Assembly: GCA_963706025.1 (NCBI GenBank)
Contig: CAVPLM010000005.1
Coordinates: 1 to 64,000 of the forward strand
Direction: 5' to 3'
Length of the DNA stretch: 64,000 bases
Source: an uncultured Actinomycetes bacterium
Lineage (GTDB): Bacteria; Actinomycetota; Thermoleophilia; RBG-16-64-13
Positions 36,705 to 46,703 of this stretch are shown one piece after another. Within the stretch, counting starts at the first letter, position 1. Each line of letters begins with the position of its first letter. A model generated the notes under the pieces. That model saw only the letters and a program-made list of their open reading frames with translations. It was not told the origin of the DNA and did not search any database. Both the position numbers and the translations under genes were made by a program.

Positions 36705-38387
36705 ATGGGCAATGACACGAAGAGACATCTTGCGACCGCGGCTGCCTTCCTGGTACTGGCGACCGCCGGTTCCCGGGTGCTGGGTCTGATCCGGGAGATC
36801 GTCATGGTCTCCTATCTAGGCTTGGGCGACGAGATGGGAGCCTTCACCGTCGCGAACAAGGTACCCAGCCTGATCCGCACCCTCCTGGCCGACACCGCTC
36901 TCTCCGCCGCCTTCATCCCCGTCTTCTCCGCTCTGTTGGAGAAGGGGCGCAACCGGGAGGCCTGGCAGGTGGCCTACACCGTGACCGTGCTCGCCACTGC
37001 CGTCCTGGGAGTGATCACCGTCCTGGGGATGGTTTTCGCGCCGCAAGTGGTCAAAGTGGTGGCCCCCGGATTCAGCGACAATCCGGACATCGTCGCCCTC
37101 ACCGTGCACTTGATGCGCCTGATGTTTCCCACAGTAGTGATCCTGGGGATCGCGGGCGTCTTCATGGGCATCCTCAACTCCTACAACCACTTCACCCTGC
37201 CGGCGTTGGCTCCCATCGTCTGGAACCTGGTGATCATCGGAGTGGTGGTCGCGTTCTCGGCCGGATACGGGGTCGAAGCTCTTGCGTGGGGGGTGCTCAT
37301 CGGGACGATCGTGGAGCTGCTGATGCAGATACCGGCGGTGTGGCGGAGGCGGTGGCGGCCGGCCGCCACCGCCGCGCCTGGAGGCACCGGCGTCGGAGCC
37401 GGCGCCGGCGACGCGCCCGCACCCGAGCCCGAGGGCTCCCCCTACCGGCTCGCCCTGCGCAGTCCCGAGGTGCGCCGGGTGGGCATCCTCATCGGTCCGG
37501 TGATCCTCAGCCTCGGCATCATCAACTTCAACGCCTTCATCGGGACCGTCATAGCGACTCTCATCAGCATCCCGTCTCCAGCCATCATCGAGAGGGCGTT
37601 CCGCCTGTTCCAATTGCCTCAAGGGGTTTTCGCGATCGCCATCGGCACGGTGCTGTTCCCTGCATTCTCGCGCCACGCGGCTGCCAAACGAATGGCGGAG
37701 TTTCGCGAAGACCTGTCTACCGGCATACGCCAGATCTTCTTCATGACCCTGCCTTTCGCGGCCTTCTTCTCGGTCCTGGCGGTCCCGACGGTGCGACTTA
37801 TCTACGAGCACGGCAAGGTCACGAGCAGCGATACCGAGTTGGTGGCCTCCGCCTTACTCTTCTTCAGCGTGGGCATGGCCTTCGTCAGCGTTAACACTCT
37901 GCTCAACCGGGCCTTCTACAGCATCCAGAAGCCCTGGGTGCCCCTGATCGTCGGAGTAGCGAACCTGGCGCTGAACGCGGCGCTAATGCTGCTGCTTTAC
38001 AAACCCATGGGCGTCGGCGGGATCACACTGGCCACCTCCCTGGTGAGCCTGTTCAACTTTTTCGGTCTCATGGTGCTGCTTAGCCCACGCATCGGAGGGG
38101 TAGACGCACGCCGGGTGGCCTGGTCGGCTACCCGATCGATCGTGGCCCTCATCCCCCTGGCGGCGGTTGCCTATTGGGTGTGGTGGGGGTTGGACGCCGT
38201 CCTGGGTCGTGACCTCTGGGCGCAGATCCTTTCGGTGGGTCTGGCCTACCTGGCCGGCGCCGCCGCCTATTGTCTGGCCGCCTGGTTGATGCGCATGCCC
38301 GAACTGCGCGACGTGTTGAAAGTGATCCGCCGCCGGCGCGAGCCCCGCTCCACGGACGAGGTGATCGACCTCGAGGGCGGCGGCTAG
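36705..38387 (+). CDS. murJ: Lipid II flippase MurJ
   Basis: SRVLGLIRE, SAAFIPVF and RLFQLP.G motifs. Confidence 0.93.
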   Translation: MGNDTKRHLATAAAFLVLATAGSRVLGLIREIVMVSYLGLGDEMGAFTVANKVPSLIRTLLADTALSAAFIPVFSALLEKGRNREAWQVAYTVTVLATAVLGVITVLGMVFAPQVVKVVAPGFSDNPDIVALTVHLMRLMFPTVVILGIAGVFMGILNSYNHFTLPALAPIVWNLVIIGVVVAFSAGYGVEALAWGVLIGTIVELLMQIPAVWRRRWRPAATAAPGGTGVGAGAGDAPAPEPEGSPYRLALRSPEVRRVGILIGPVILSLGIINFNAFIGTVIATLISIPSPAIIERAFRLFQLPQGVFAIAIGTVLFPAFSRHAAAKRMAEFREDLSTGIRQIFFMTLPFAAFFSVLAVPTVRLIYEHGKVTSSDTELVASALLFFSVGMAFVSVNTLLNRAFYSIQKPWVPLIVGVANLALNAALMLLLYKPMGVGGITLATSLVSLFNFFGLMVLLSPRIGGVDARRVAWSATRSIVALIPLAAVAYWVWWGLDAVLGRDLWAQILSVGLAYLAGAAAYCLAAWLMRMPELRDVLKVIRRRREPRSTDEVIDLEGGG

Positions 38388-38393
38388 CGGGCT

Positions 38394-39158
38394 ATGTTCA
38401 TGTTCGTCATGGCAGAGGCACAGCAGGAGAAGCATCCAAAGGAGCCTGATCAAGTTGATTGGGTAGTCGTGGAGTTCCCTCTCAAGGGTGAATGGGCCGC
38501 ACCCAACACCCCTGGCAAGCGAATACCCAGTCACGGGACCGACATGCTCGGCCAGCGCTACGCCTACGACTTCGTGCGCGTGGACCCGGCGTCCAAGGGG
38601 ATGCGTTTCTACAAGCCGAGCACTTCCCACTACCTCTTCGCAGGTGTACGCCTAGAGGATTGCTTCGGATGGGGGGAGCCCATCTATTCTCCGGTGGCAG
38701 GGGTCGTGGTCCGGGCTGAGGACGGGTGGCCCGAGCGGCAGCGGCTGCACCCGGTCAAGGACCTCGCTATCGCCCTCAAGAACGGGCTGACGTTCAACCC
38801 GAGACGGGCAACGGACCTCCGGCCCCTGGCCGGCAACCATATCATCATCGAGACGAACGACGGCTACGCCGTCTTGGCTCATGCCCGGACCGGGTCACTG
38901 AGAGTGTCCACGGGGGAGACGGTCGACCCGGGCGTCCACCTCGCCGATGTCGGCCATTCCGGAAACTCCACAGCCCCGCATCTGCACTTCCACATGATGG
39001 ACCGGCAAGATCTCCTGAAGGCCCAGGGAATTCCCTGCTGCTTCCGGGAGTACGAGGTTCTCGGAGACGAGGGGTGGATCCGGGTGCGAAACGGCATCCC
39101 CAAACACACGGAGAGGATCCGCGGGGTGCTCGGAGAACGGTTTCCGACCCGGCCTTAA
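38394..39158 (+). CDS. M23-family metallopeptidase (no signal peptide)
   Basis: SHG..RYAYD, GNHI, LAH and GHSGNST.PHLHF motifs. Confidence 0.85.
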   Translation: MFMFVMAEAQQEKHPKEPDQVDWVVVEFPLKGEWAAPNTPGKRIPSHGTDMLGQRYAYDFVRVDPASKGMRFYKPSTSHYLFAGVRLEDCFGWGEPIYSPVAGVVVRAEDGWPERQRLHPVKDLAIALKNGLTFNPRRATDLRPLAGNHIIIETNDGYAVLAHARTGSLRVSTGETVDPGVHLADVGHSGNSTAPHLHFHMMDRQDLLKAQGIPCCFREYEVLGDEGWIRVRNGIPKHTERIRGVLGERFPTRP

Positions 39159-39441
39159 CCGGACGGCGGGCGGACCAGGCCGGACCCACTTCGCCTTGCG
39201 GGTCGTCTCGAAGGCATAGGCGTAGCCGACGTAGTCTCTACACGGCCGCAGTGCGTACGTGGACCTCCTGGTGCGTCCGCAAGCAAGATGGCCCCCGGTT
39301 CGGCCGCCGGCGCAGAGGTAGGCAGTGGTCGCGATTTCGAATACGTCCGTGACTTCTCCTGTCGCCTGCATCGCTGATGGCAGGTGGCCCTGGCCTGCGA
39401 GGCAGCCATTCTTGTGCGTCGATCGACCGCATCCGGTGCGG

Positions 39442-39861
39442 CTAGAGTGCGCGCATCCGGTTGTTTTTAGGGTTGTGTTCGACCTCGGCGAGACCGAGCG
39501 CCTCCAGAAGCGGGGGCATGTACATCCCGAACCGGCCGCGCAGACCCTTCTTGAGCCCGTACCAGCCACCGACGGGGTTGTCTGCAGAGCGGCCCCACGC
39601 CTCGACGGTTCCCTCAGCGGCAGGCTTCTGCTCATCAGCGCTCCCGAGAGGTACCCAGTCGCCGCGCTCCTTGAGCATCGCGTGGAGATCCTCGATGGCG
39701 CGCAACCGATAGCTGAGCACCGTCTTGCCGACGACGCACACCAGGGCGGGCGGGTCGGCGGTCTCGTCGCGGTACATCTGATATTCCGACGACCCGCTCG
39801 GTGTCTTGAGAACCCAGGGATCCTCACGACTGCCGGAGCCGCTCAAACTCGTTGCCCCCAT
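39442..39861 (-). CDS. Conserved hypothetical protein (DUF6855-like)
   Basis: DPW.LKTP, NPVGGWYGLKKG.RGRFG and AEVEHNPKNNRMRA; GGAGG RBS. Confidence 0.75.
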   Translation of the reverse strand: MGATSLSGSGSREDPWVLKTPSGSSEYQMYRDETADPPALVCVVGKTVLSYRLRAIEDLHAMLKERGDWVPLGSADEQKPAAEGTVEAWGRSADNPVGGWYGLKKGLRGRFGMYMPPLLEALGLAEVEHNPKNNRMRAL

Positions 39862-39933
39862 ATCTCGACCTCCACCGGTAGGGCGCATTGACACTCCGCG
39901 AATCTGCCGCCTCTATACCCGCCGGAGCGTCTC

Positions 39934-39955
39934 GCCTAACGCGAGAATCAGCGAC
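39934..39955 (-). other. attC right-half remnant
   Basis: Minus strand CGCTGATTCTCGC-GTTAGGC upstream of the DUF6855-like gene. Confidence 0.45.
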
Positions 39956-40159
39956 GGTTGTAGGACGGGGCCCGTCCGCTCCGCGGCACGATCACGGCAG
40001 CACTCTCTTCTCTCGGGGCGCGTTCTGCATAGCCACGATCCTGCGCCAAGTGGTGTCGTCGCCGGACAGAACAAGGCCGTAGTGCTCTCGAACATCGACC
40101 GCGACGGCGCGTAGGGCGGCATTCGCGGTGCCGGAACGGCGTGCCCCCGAAGGCTCCAC

Positions 40160-40900
40160 CTACGGACTCGGAGGAAGGTGGAATAGTTGGGTCACTAGCG
40201 GGCCATAGATCAGCCCCCAGAACAAGCGGATTACCAGGGCCAAGACGAAGCCGATAAGCCAGAAGAAGGGTATCGAGTGCCGTTGAGTACGAAGGGGCTC
40301 TTTCCATAGCCGTTCCTCATCGATGAATAGTAAGGGAAGGGCAATGAAGCTGGCATAAGCAATCGTATAGTATGCGACTACCAAGGGAGAAAGCCAGAAC
40401 AGGGGCGAGAGGAGCACGGAGGTCAGCACCCCGGTGAAGATGAGACCTTCGGTAAGGCTCTTCCCGCCGGCAAAGAAGAACACCTCCCGAAACGAGGCCT
40501 GGGTCTTCCTGATGACGAAGTACGAGACGAGGGCAATCGGAATGTAGTCGCCTTGTGCCAGGATGAAGGAAGGCAGGGTCTCAGCGTGTAGACCGCCGAT
40601 ACCTTCCCCAGTGACCGTCAGACTGACTTCGAACAGCATACCGAAGAGCCAAACAAGGAAGACGTACGCAAGCGGCGCGAGGCTCCTCGGGATGGGTATC
40701 TTCTTCCTGAGATCGTATTTCGCGTTCGCCCACATCCCTGCGAGCATCAAACCGTACAGAGCAATCTCCGAAAACCAGTAGGGCGACCTGGGCTCGGGAG
40801 TACCGCCGATGTTCAGAGCCGCGAAGAGTATGCCGGCAGCCATCCAGATCCATACGTTCCATATGCCGCGTCCGTAGAGCTGTGATGATCTCGATCCCAT
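40160..40900 (-). CDS. Hypothetical multi-pass membrane protein (cassette gene)
   Basis: Many hydrophobic segments; starts about 55 nt after an attC R' site. Confidence 0.7.
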   Translation of the reverse strand: MGSRSSQLYGRGIWNVWIWMAAGILFAALNIGGTPEPRSPYWFSEIALYGLMLAGMWANAKYDLRKKIPIPRSLAPLAYVFLVWLFGMLFEVSLTVTGEGIGGLHAETLPSFILAQGDYIPIALVSYFVIRKTQASFREVFFFAGGKSLTEGLIFTGVLTSVLLSPLFWLSPLVVAYYTIAYASFIALPLLFIDEERLWKEPLRTQRHSIPFFWLIGFVLALVIRLFWGLIYGPLVTQLFHLPPSP

Positions 40901-40954
40901 GGGGAGTCTCCCGAGGCGGCCTCAGGTGGCTTCGCCTGTTACGACGCCTGCGCC

Positions 40955-41018
40955 GCCCAACGAATCAGCTCAGCGGCGCGGCGCTGTCTGCCGCGTTCGC
41001 CGGAGCGCTGAGCTGGGC
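40955..41018 (-). other. attC site (R'' mutated to GCCCAGC)
   Basis: Minus strand GCCCAGCTCAGCGCTCCGGCGAACGCGGC...CGCGCCGCTGAGCTGATTCGTTGGGC, 64-bp imperfect palindrome. Confidence 0.75.
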
Positions 41019-41452
41019 CCCTTCGCGTTGGTATCTGGGAGGCGGCGGAGACCACGCATCGAATGCCTTCGCAGCTGCCGAAGAGGCAACAGATCGCGGG
41101 ACAGGTGAAGAGCGCCGTCGTCCAGGTATCGCACCATACAGACCGCCGTGGATGGACAGAGGGAGCGGAACTCGGCTGTACCTCGCACTCCGGTCGGTAC
41201 GCTCTCGCGCAAACAGACCGAGTATCCTCGGTGCCCGAAGAACTCTTTCGCTGTATCGTTTCCGAGCAATTCAACCCCGGCCGTCCCAACAAGCGCGTGC
41301 CCATCCCGGGCCAGCAGAAAATGCTCGATGTGTTCGCCAACGTCTTCATCGGGGAGACCATTTGCCGACAAGAGTTCTCGTACCATCGGGAGTTCATCTC
41401 GGCCGGCCATGGAGAAGGTGATTCCGTCCGATGGTGTTGATGTCTCGATCAT
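40970..41452 (-). pseudogene. ArsN2-like GNAT acetyltransferase with internal deletion
   Basis: LL.ANGLP.ED and EFRSLCPSTAVCM present, but the acetyl-CoA-binding LRS.AV..RG.G segment is missing. Confidence 0.7.
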
Positions 41453-41469
41453 GTGATCTCCAGCGTCAT

Positions 41470-41513
41470 TCGCGGCCCGGCAGGGACATCGCGCCTGCAG
41501 CGAATCCTTATGC
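41470..41513 (-). other. attC left-half remnant at the PhzF stop
   Basis: Minus strand GCATAAG-GATTCGCTGCAGGCGCGA overlapping the stop codon. Confidence 0.45.
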
Positions 41514-42293
41514 TTCGAACGTGATTTCGGCTTCCATGAAAGTGCAGGCCTGACCGTACAATAGAACCCGATCCCCTCTCAATTCGCATTGGATAGAACC
41601 ACCTCGCTTAGAAACCTGCAGAGCACTGAGCATAGATCGATTGAGACGCCCTGCCCAATACGGCGCGAGCTGGCAATGTGCGGCTCCGGTCACTGGGTCT
41701 TCATCAACTCCGAGTTTCGGGGCGAAGAAGCGGCTCACAAAGTCGACACTATTCCCTGGCGCGGTGATGATGACTCCGCGCAAATCAAGTTGCCGAAGCA
41801 AGGACATCTCAGGCGTGATGTTTCGCACGACTTCTTCGCTCGAGAACACGAGCAGATAATCGTCTGCGGCGAGCGTTTCCACGGGCGTAGCCCCAAAGGC
41901 CCTCAGTAGCGCCGGCGGTGGATCACAAGGCACCGGCCTGCGTCCGGGGAAGTCCATCTCAAGGTCCGAGCCGGAGCGTCTGACCGAGAGCACTCCGCTC
42001 CTGGTGAAGAACGAAATGCTGTCGGCTGTGTGGTTCAGGTGAGAGAAGAGGACATGTGCAGAGGCAAGGGTTGCATGCCCACAGAGGTCGACCTCCGAGA
42101 CCGGAGTGAACCACCGTAGTTCATACCCCTCGGCAACAGGCACGAAGAAAGCCGTTTCTGACAGATTGTTCTCTTCGGCAATAGCCTGAAGTAAGGAATC
42201 CGACAGCCACGCGGCCAAGGGAACCACGGCGGCGGGGTTTCCCGCGAAAGCACGCGAGGAGAATGCATCAATCTGATACTGCTTCAGTTTCAT
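41508..42293 (-). CDS. PhzF-family isomerase (cassette gene)
   Basis: DAF...GNPA, LSETAF, EVDLCGHATL and EDPVTG motifs. Confidence 0.93.
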   Translation of the reverse strand: MKLKQYQIDAFSSRAFAGNPAAVVPLAAWLSDSLLQAIAEENNLSETAFFVPVAEGYELRWFTPVSEVDLCGHATLASAHVLFSHLNHTADSISFFTRSGVLSVRRSGSDLEMDFPGRRPVPCDPPPALLRAFGATPVETLAADDYLLVFSSEEVVRNITPEMSLLRQLDLRGVIITAPGNSVDFVSRFFAPKLGVDEDPVTGAAHCQLAPYWAGRLNRSMLSALQVSKRGGSIQCELRGDRVLLYGQACTFMEAEITFEA

Positions 42294-42312
42294 GGAACAC
42301 CGGCGACTTGAG

Positions 42313-42340
42313 ATCTAACGTTGGGAACGCGGGCGGCGAA
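42313..42340 (-). other. attC right-half remnant
   Basis: Minus strand GCCGCCCGCGTTCCCAAC-GTTAGAT, 19 nt before the PhzF ATG. Confidence 0.55.
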
Positions 42341-42354
42341 GCCATCTTCGAAGA

Positions 42355-42430
42355 TCACAATCTTGTCGGGATTGACCTTCATCTCACCGAGCGAGACGAC
42401 GTCTTCCGAGAACTCCACTCGACGCGGCAT
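42355..42430 (-). pseudogene. Phd/YefM antitoxin N-terminal fragment
   Basis: MPRRVEFSEDVVSLGEMKVNP with GGAGG RBS, then breaks off. Confidence 0.45.
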
Positions 42431-42525
42431 GGCAGCCTCCAAGCAGCACGTGAGAACTGGTGCCGGTTGTATCACCTGATGACTCTGGGAGCAACACCTC
42501 TGACAATCATTCTGCGGCACACTCA

Positions 42526-42650
42526 CTAGAGAAACCGTTCCACCACGATTTCGTCGATGTCCCGGTCCGCGACCCTGAGGTGGCGCTCGGCGACGCCCTG
42601 GCGGCGATACGCGGCGGCCACGTAGGTGCCGAGGATGCCGACGTGGTCGA
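42526..42650 (-). pseudogene. GNAT acetyltransferase fragment
   Basis: DHVGILGTYVAAAYRRQGVA (motif A) spliced to the C-terminal IDEIVVERFL. Confidence 0.55.
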
Positions 42651-42664
42651 CGCTCTTGTTCGGC
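42643..42664 (-). other. attC left-half remnant after the VOC gene
   Basis: Minus strand GCCGAAC-AAGAGCGTCGACCAC, nearly identical to the left arm of attC 43307-43384. Confidence 0.65.
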
Positions 42665-42667
42665 TGA

Positions 42668-43066
42668 TCATTCCTTGTAGTACTGCTTGAACTCCTCTGC
42701 GGGTTCCCGGTCTGAATAGATGTAGAGCATGACTCCGTTCGGGTCGAGAATGGCGAATCCGCGATCACCCCACGGATGATCTGCAAGCAGCATGACAGGT
42801 GTAAGGCCGCTGGCAGTCATACGGTCGCACTCGGCATCTACGTCTTCCACACAGAAGTTGTACATCAGGCCTGCCGGATTGAACGCCGGAGGGCCTTGCT
42901 CCTGCGGGGCTATAAACTGCAGTTCTGATGTCTCCTTTCCGAATCGGAGGTTCACGTACCACCCGCAATCGAACGTGACCTTGGCTCCGAAATACTTCAC
43001 GTAGAAATCGCACGACTCCTCCACCTTCGCCGTCGTGATGCATGCAGACAGTGTGTGTGCGATCAT
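42668..43066 (-). CDS. VOC/glyoxalase family protein (cassette gene)
   Basis: DFY...FG, F.VEDVDA and PWGDRGFAILDPNG motifs. Confidence 0.92.
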   Translation of the reverse strand: MIAHTLSACITTAKVEESCDFYVKYFGAKVTFDCGWYVNLRFGKETSELQFIAPQEQGPPAFNPAGLMYNFCVEDVDAECDRMTASGLTPVMLLADHPWGDRGFAILDPNGVMLYIYSDREPAEEFKQYYKE

Positions 43067-43296
43067 CAGTCCTTCTCCTCTTCCAGTTTGTGCAATTGCC
43101 TGATGTGTGAACCTGCATGTATCTTCTCCAAGTCGTCCAAAAAATGAGTATTGATGTGACGCACTGTGTGCCCTTCGCCTTCAAGGACCTGGTGCTGATC
43201 ATCCAGTTCCGCTCTCGATCCCCTTTGAAGTAGCAGAGTGCATTCCACTTCACGTCGCCCCATCATGCACTCAATTACTTCTGGATTAGGCCCCAT
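43066..43296 (-). CDS. Small hypothetical protein or remnant
   Basis: AGGAG RBS right after attC R'; stop overlaps the VOC ATG. Confidence 0.45.
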   Translation of the reverse strand: MGPNPEVIECMMGRREVECTLLLQRGSRAELDDQHQVLEGEGHTVRHINTHFLDDLEKIHAGSHIRQLHKLEEEKD

Positions 43297-43306
43297 TGTC
43301 TCTCCT

Positions 43307-43384
43307 GCCTAACGTCGAGCTTGATCCTCATTTAATCCGGCATCCACGCCGGACGAAACGTAGTGGTCAACGCTCTTTTTATGC
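43307..43384 (-). other. attC site (R'' GCATAAA contains the DUF3795 stop)
   Basis: GAGC[G]TTGA pairs with TCAAGCTC leaving an extrahelical base; internal TCCGGC/GCCGGA stem; ends GTTAGGC. Confidence 0.75.
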
Positions 43385-43777
43385 ATTTCTTGACACCCCG
43401 CAATTCAGACACGTGGGTCTGTGTACACAAATCAGTTCTCCACAAGCTGTACATTGCCAGCGGGCGTTTTCATTCCTGACGAACTGTCTGATTCCCACTT
43501 CCTCTATCTGCATCAGGTTCTCAATCATACTCATGCCGTATTTATCTCGATATCTCTTATCAAGGTTCTTTAATCGTGAACAGGGAAAGGAATCGCAGGA
43601 ATGATCGCAGTATTTCCATTTGCGCTTGTCACAGAATCTCAAAGTACACTTCCTGCTGCATTGAGTGTTGGGGGTGAGGCAGCCATCGCATTTGTTTCTA
43701 TCACGAACAAATCCTATGCAAAGGCGGCAGTTCATTCCGCAAGGAGCTATGTCGGATACCTTGGTGCGTGTTGTCAT
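43379..43777 (-). CDS. Cys-rich DUF3795-like protein (AT-rich cassette gene)
   Basis: IAPCGMNC..C, C..FPC, SMIENL..I and C..CG motifs; flanked by attC sites. Confidence 0.85.
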   Translation of the reverse strand: MTTRTKVSDIAPCGMNCRLCIGFVRDRNKCDGCLTPNTQCSRKCTLRFCDKRKWKYCDHSCDSFPCSRLKNLDKRYRDKYGMSMIENLMQIEEVGIRQFVRNENARWQCTACGELICVHRPTCLNCGVSRNA

Positions 43778-43800
43778 TGAGTGTAGTACCTAAGTTCTGT

Positions 43801-43864
43801 GCCTAACGTTCAAGGTGAGGAGGGCGCCGCTTTCGGCGCGTCCCTCTCGATCGAAATGTTAGAA
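43801..43864 (-). other. Intact-looking attC site
   Basis: Minus strand TTCTAAC-ATTTCGATCGAGAGGGACGCGCCGAAAGCGGCGCCCTCCTCACCTTGAAC-GTTAGGC: RYYYAAC-like and GTTRRRY cores, 64 bp. Confidence 0.88.
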
Positions 43865-43892
43865 GGCAAATTGCCGAGCAGGGACCATTTGC

Positions 43893-44078
43893 CTCGTGAC
43901 CACGCAGACGCTCTACCACCTCGGTCGTGACTGGTATGGGACGCGGATGGACCTCGATTGGCAACCGGCGACCGAGACCGAAGCGACAGACATGTTCGCG
44001 AAGCACGGGCTGGTCGGGGATTTTTGGTCGCTGGTTTAGGAGGTGCCACCGAGCACTTCGAGCGAACGCGCAGACGGT
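43893..44078 (+). repeat. 186-bp inverted repeat, left copy (duplicated merB-like 3' end)
   Basis: Reverse complement of 46693-46878. Confidence 0.95.
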
Positions 44079-44158
44079 CGTCCCTCTGGAAGGCATCCTC
44101 GCGCAACTATCCGTGTCCGTCGGTAGTATCATGGGCAGTACTCTAGGAGGTACCATAG

Positions 44159-44340
44159 ATGAGCAGATTCCCCGCTATCGTCCCCATCTCGGACTTGCGT
44201 CAGGATGCGGCGGGCGTCATCAAGCGGGCGGCGCTCTCAGGGGAGCTGGTGTTCATCACCCAGCGGGGGCGACCGGCTGCCGTCATAGTGGACGCCCAGA
44301 CCTATGAGCGCACGCAACGCCAGTACGAGCCGATTCGTGG
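44159..44340 (+). pseudogene. Truncated Phd/YefM antitoxin, paralog of 47937-48212
   Basis: IVPISDLRQDA..VFITQRGR; shares upstream AGGAGGTACCAT; no toxin follows. Confidence 0.7.
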
Positions 44341-44363
44341 TATGGCCGGCCAAGGGTGGGCTA

Positions 44364-44520
44364 CAAGCGAACTCCGGGAATGCAGTGTTCGAGTCCGGGC
44401 TTGGCGCCTTCGAGCTGACACGACTCATCGAAGAAGAGCTCGAGCGGGCGTTTGGCGAGAAGATCCCTTCGCTGGTCAAGACGTCGACTGAGATGATCGA
44501 GATCGCGGAGACGGTCAAGA
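44364..44520 (+). pseudogene. DUF1697-like fragment
   Basis: NSGNAVFES..LIEEELERAFGEKIPSLVKT. Confidence 0.5.
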
Positions 44521-44678
44521 GAACCGCCGGCTCAAGCTACATCTCGCCGCCCACCTGTCCAAGTGATCGGGTCCAATCCGGTCGTGAACCGACTCTAGAG
44601 CTCCACTCGATACACTACTGCGGATACGCTTAGCGTATCCTTTGTTACACTTGAAAGGCTGCGACGCGTCGACGGGAG

Positions 44679-45134
44679 GTGCGCATGGAACGTGACCCCG
44701 GAACCGAACTGAGTATCACACAGGCGCAGTTCCGCTTCGCCAAGGCGCTCGCCGAGATCCTCGTCTACATCGTCGTGCTCAACCTGTTCGCTGAGTTCGT
44801 GCACGCCGTAGTCATTGAGTCGTTCTCGGTCTCGCTCGTGACGGCGGTACTTCTGTGGCTGATGCTCCGTGCAACCGTGCGCCTTGAGCGCCGAATCGCA
44901 GACTACTTCCGCGAAAGGAAAGGGGTCGTGCCGCGCGTCCTGCGGTACCTGTGCGCCTGGGCGATCCTCTTCGTTAGCAAGTTCGTGATCCTCGAGGTGG
45001 TCGTATTGGTCACCGCCGGACGCGCGGCGCTCGGCCACTTCTTCGAGATCGTCGCCATCGTCGTGGCGTTGCTGGCGGCGGAGGCTGCGCTGGCCTGGGT
45101 CTACAAGAGGCTCGGCAACCGTCCGAGCGGATGA
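44679..45134 (+). CDS. Hypothetical four-TM membrane protein
   Basis: GGAGG RBS; hydrophobic segments; LFVSKFVILE. Confidence 0.7.
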   Translation: MRMERDPGTELSITQAQFRFAKALAEILVYIVVLNLFAEFVHAVVIESFSVSLVTAVLLWLMLRATVRLERRIADYFRERKGVVPRVLRYLCAWAILFVSKFVILEVVVLVTAGRAALGHFFEIVAIVVALLAAEAALAWVYKRLGNRPSG

Positions 45135-45278
45135 TCCTGAAGTTCTGGGTCCGCTGTCATCGACCGGCAAAGGTCGTTGTGTCAGTGGTCAGTCTGGTCC
45201 GATACGGGTGGTCAGTCCGTGGCCCAGGGCGGCCACTATACCTTGCATATTCACCACATCGTGCGTAAAATGCTCGCC

Positions 45279-46538
45279 ATGAAGCAGGACTTCCTTGCCC
45301 GTCATGCGACCGAAACCGTGCTGCAACGTCTTCAAGTCTTCCGCGTCGTGGTCGTCACCGGGGCGCGCCAGGTGGGCAAGTCGACGCTTGCGCGGCTGGT
45401 GGTCGAGCAGCTCGGTGGGTCGTACCTCACACTCGACGACCCGCTGACGCTGTCCCAGGCCGCGGGAGATGCCGATGGTCTGGTGGCTTCGACTACCGGC
45501 CTGACGGTGATCGACGAGGTCCAGCGGGTTCCCGACGTGCTGCGGGCGGTCAAGCTCTCGGTCGACCGCGACCCGACGCCCGGCCGCTTTCTGCTCACAG
45601 GCTCGGCGAACCTGCTGGGCATGCGGGCGGTCACGGAGTCGCTGGCGGGCCGGGCGGTGTACCTCGACCTGCTCCCTCTCTCGTGGTCGGAGTCGGTGGG
45701 CGGGACGCGACCCCACACTATCGACCAGGCGTTCTCCGCCCAATCGGCCGATGAGTTCGCCGCATCGTTGCCGGCCGCCGGTCCCGGCGCGGGTGAGGAC
45801 GCGCGCCGGCGGGCGCTGTGCGGCGGGATGCCGGAGGCCTTTCGCCTTGACGCGGACAGCCGTCGCGCCTGGTACGACAGCTACCGGCGCACCTTCCTCG
45901 AACGCGATCTGCGACAGCTCTCGGACATCAGCCGCGTACCGGAGTTCGGTCGCGTCCTGAGTCTCGCTCTGCTCCGGAGCGGGGGGCTGCTCAACAAGAG
46001 CGATATCGCCGCCGACGCTCAGGTGTCGCACTCCACGGTCGATCGGTACCTCAACCTCCTCCAGGTGGCCTACCAGATCTGGCTGCTACAGCCGTTCTTC
46101 CCCAACGTCACCAAACGACTGGTGAAGGCGCCGAAGCTGTACGCGATCGACAGCGGCGCGGCCGCTTGGGCCGCGAATGCGTTCGACTGGCGCGCAGCCG
46201 TGGCGTCGGCCAAAGATGGCGCGCTTATGGAGACCTTCGCGCTTTCGGACGTCATGGCGTGGGACGGGCTCTCGGGCGCGTCTCGATATCATTTCTGGCG
46301 GACGGGAGCCGGCGCTGAGGTCGACCTGGTGATCGAGCGTGGTGAAGCTGTCGTGGCGATAGAGGTCAAGAGCGCGGTGACTCTTACACGCCACGACGCC
46401 AGTGGTCTGCGTGCGCTCCGCGCCGACCTGGGTGGTCGCTTCCGGCTCGGCATCATCGCGTACCTCGGTCAGGACGTCCGGGTGGTCGATCAGACGATCG
46501 TGGCCGTGCCGCTGGCCTCGCTGCTTGGGGCGACCTGA
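45279..46538 (+). CDS. AAA ATPase with DUF4143 and PD-(D/E)xK-like C-terminus
   Basis: GARQVGKST, IDEVQ, LTGS, ESLAGR, K.PKLY..DSG and EVD..EVK motifs. Confidence 0.92.
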   Translation: MKQDFLARHATETVLQRLQVFRVVVVTGARQVGKSTLARLVVEQLGGSYLTLDDPLTLSQAAGDADGLVASTTGLTVIDEVQRVPDVLRAVKLSVDRDPTPGRFLLTGSANLLGMRAVTESLAGRAVYLDLLPLSWSESVGGTRPHTIDQAFSAQSADEFAASLPAAGPGAGEDARRRALCGGMPEAFRLDADSRRAWYDSYRRTFLERDLRQLSDISRVPEFGRVLSLALLRSGGLLNKSDIAADAQVSHSTVDRYLNLLQVAYQIWLLQPFFPNVTKRLVKAPKLYAIDSGAAAWAANAFDWRAAVASAKDGALMETFALSDVMAWDGLSGASRYHFWRTGAGAEVDLVIERGEAVVAIEVKSAVTLTRHDASGLRALRADLGGRFRLGIIAYLGQDVRVVDQTIVAVPLASLLGAT

Positions 46539-46554
46539 GGGCGAGTTCAGGCGA

Positions 46555-46703
46555 AGAGCTCCGCCGCCGAGCTCGCCGGCGATGTTTCCGTCGACCCAGC
46601 TGCCCGGACCGATGAGGAACACGCTCGCTGGCTCCTCGCCGAGATGCTCGAGTGGCACTGGCGCGAGCAGAAGGTGGTCTTCTGGGAGTACTACCGTCTG
46701 CGC
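46555..46703 (+). pseudogene. Internal fragment of TM0106-family nuclease/helicase
   Basis: DPAARTDEEHARWLLAEMLEWHWREQKVVFWEYYRL. Confidence 0.6.

Noticed and set aside
39180-39430. Possible further gene fragments (also 40000-40120)
   Set aside because: Coding-like, but I could not assign a family.
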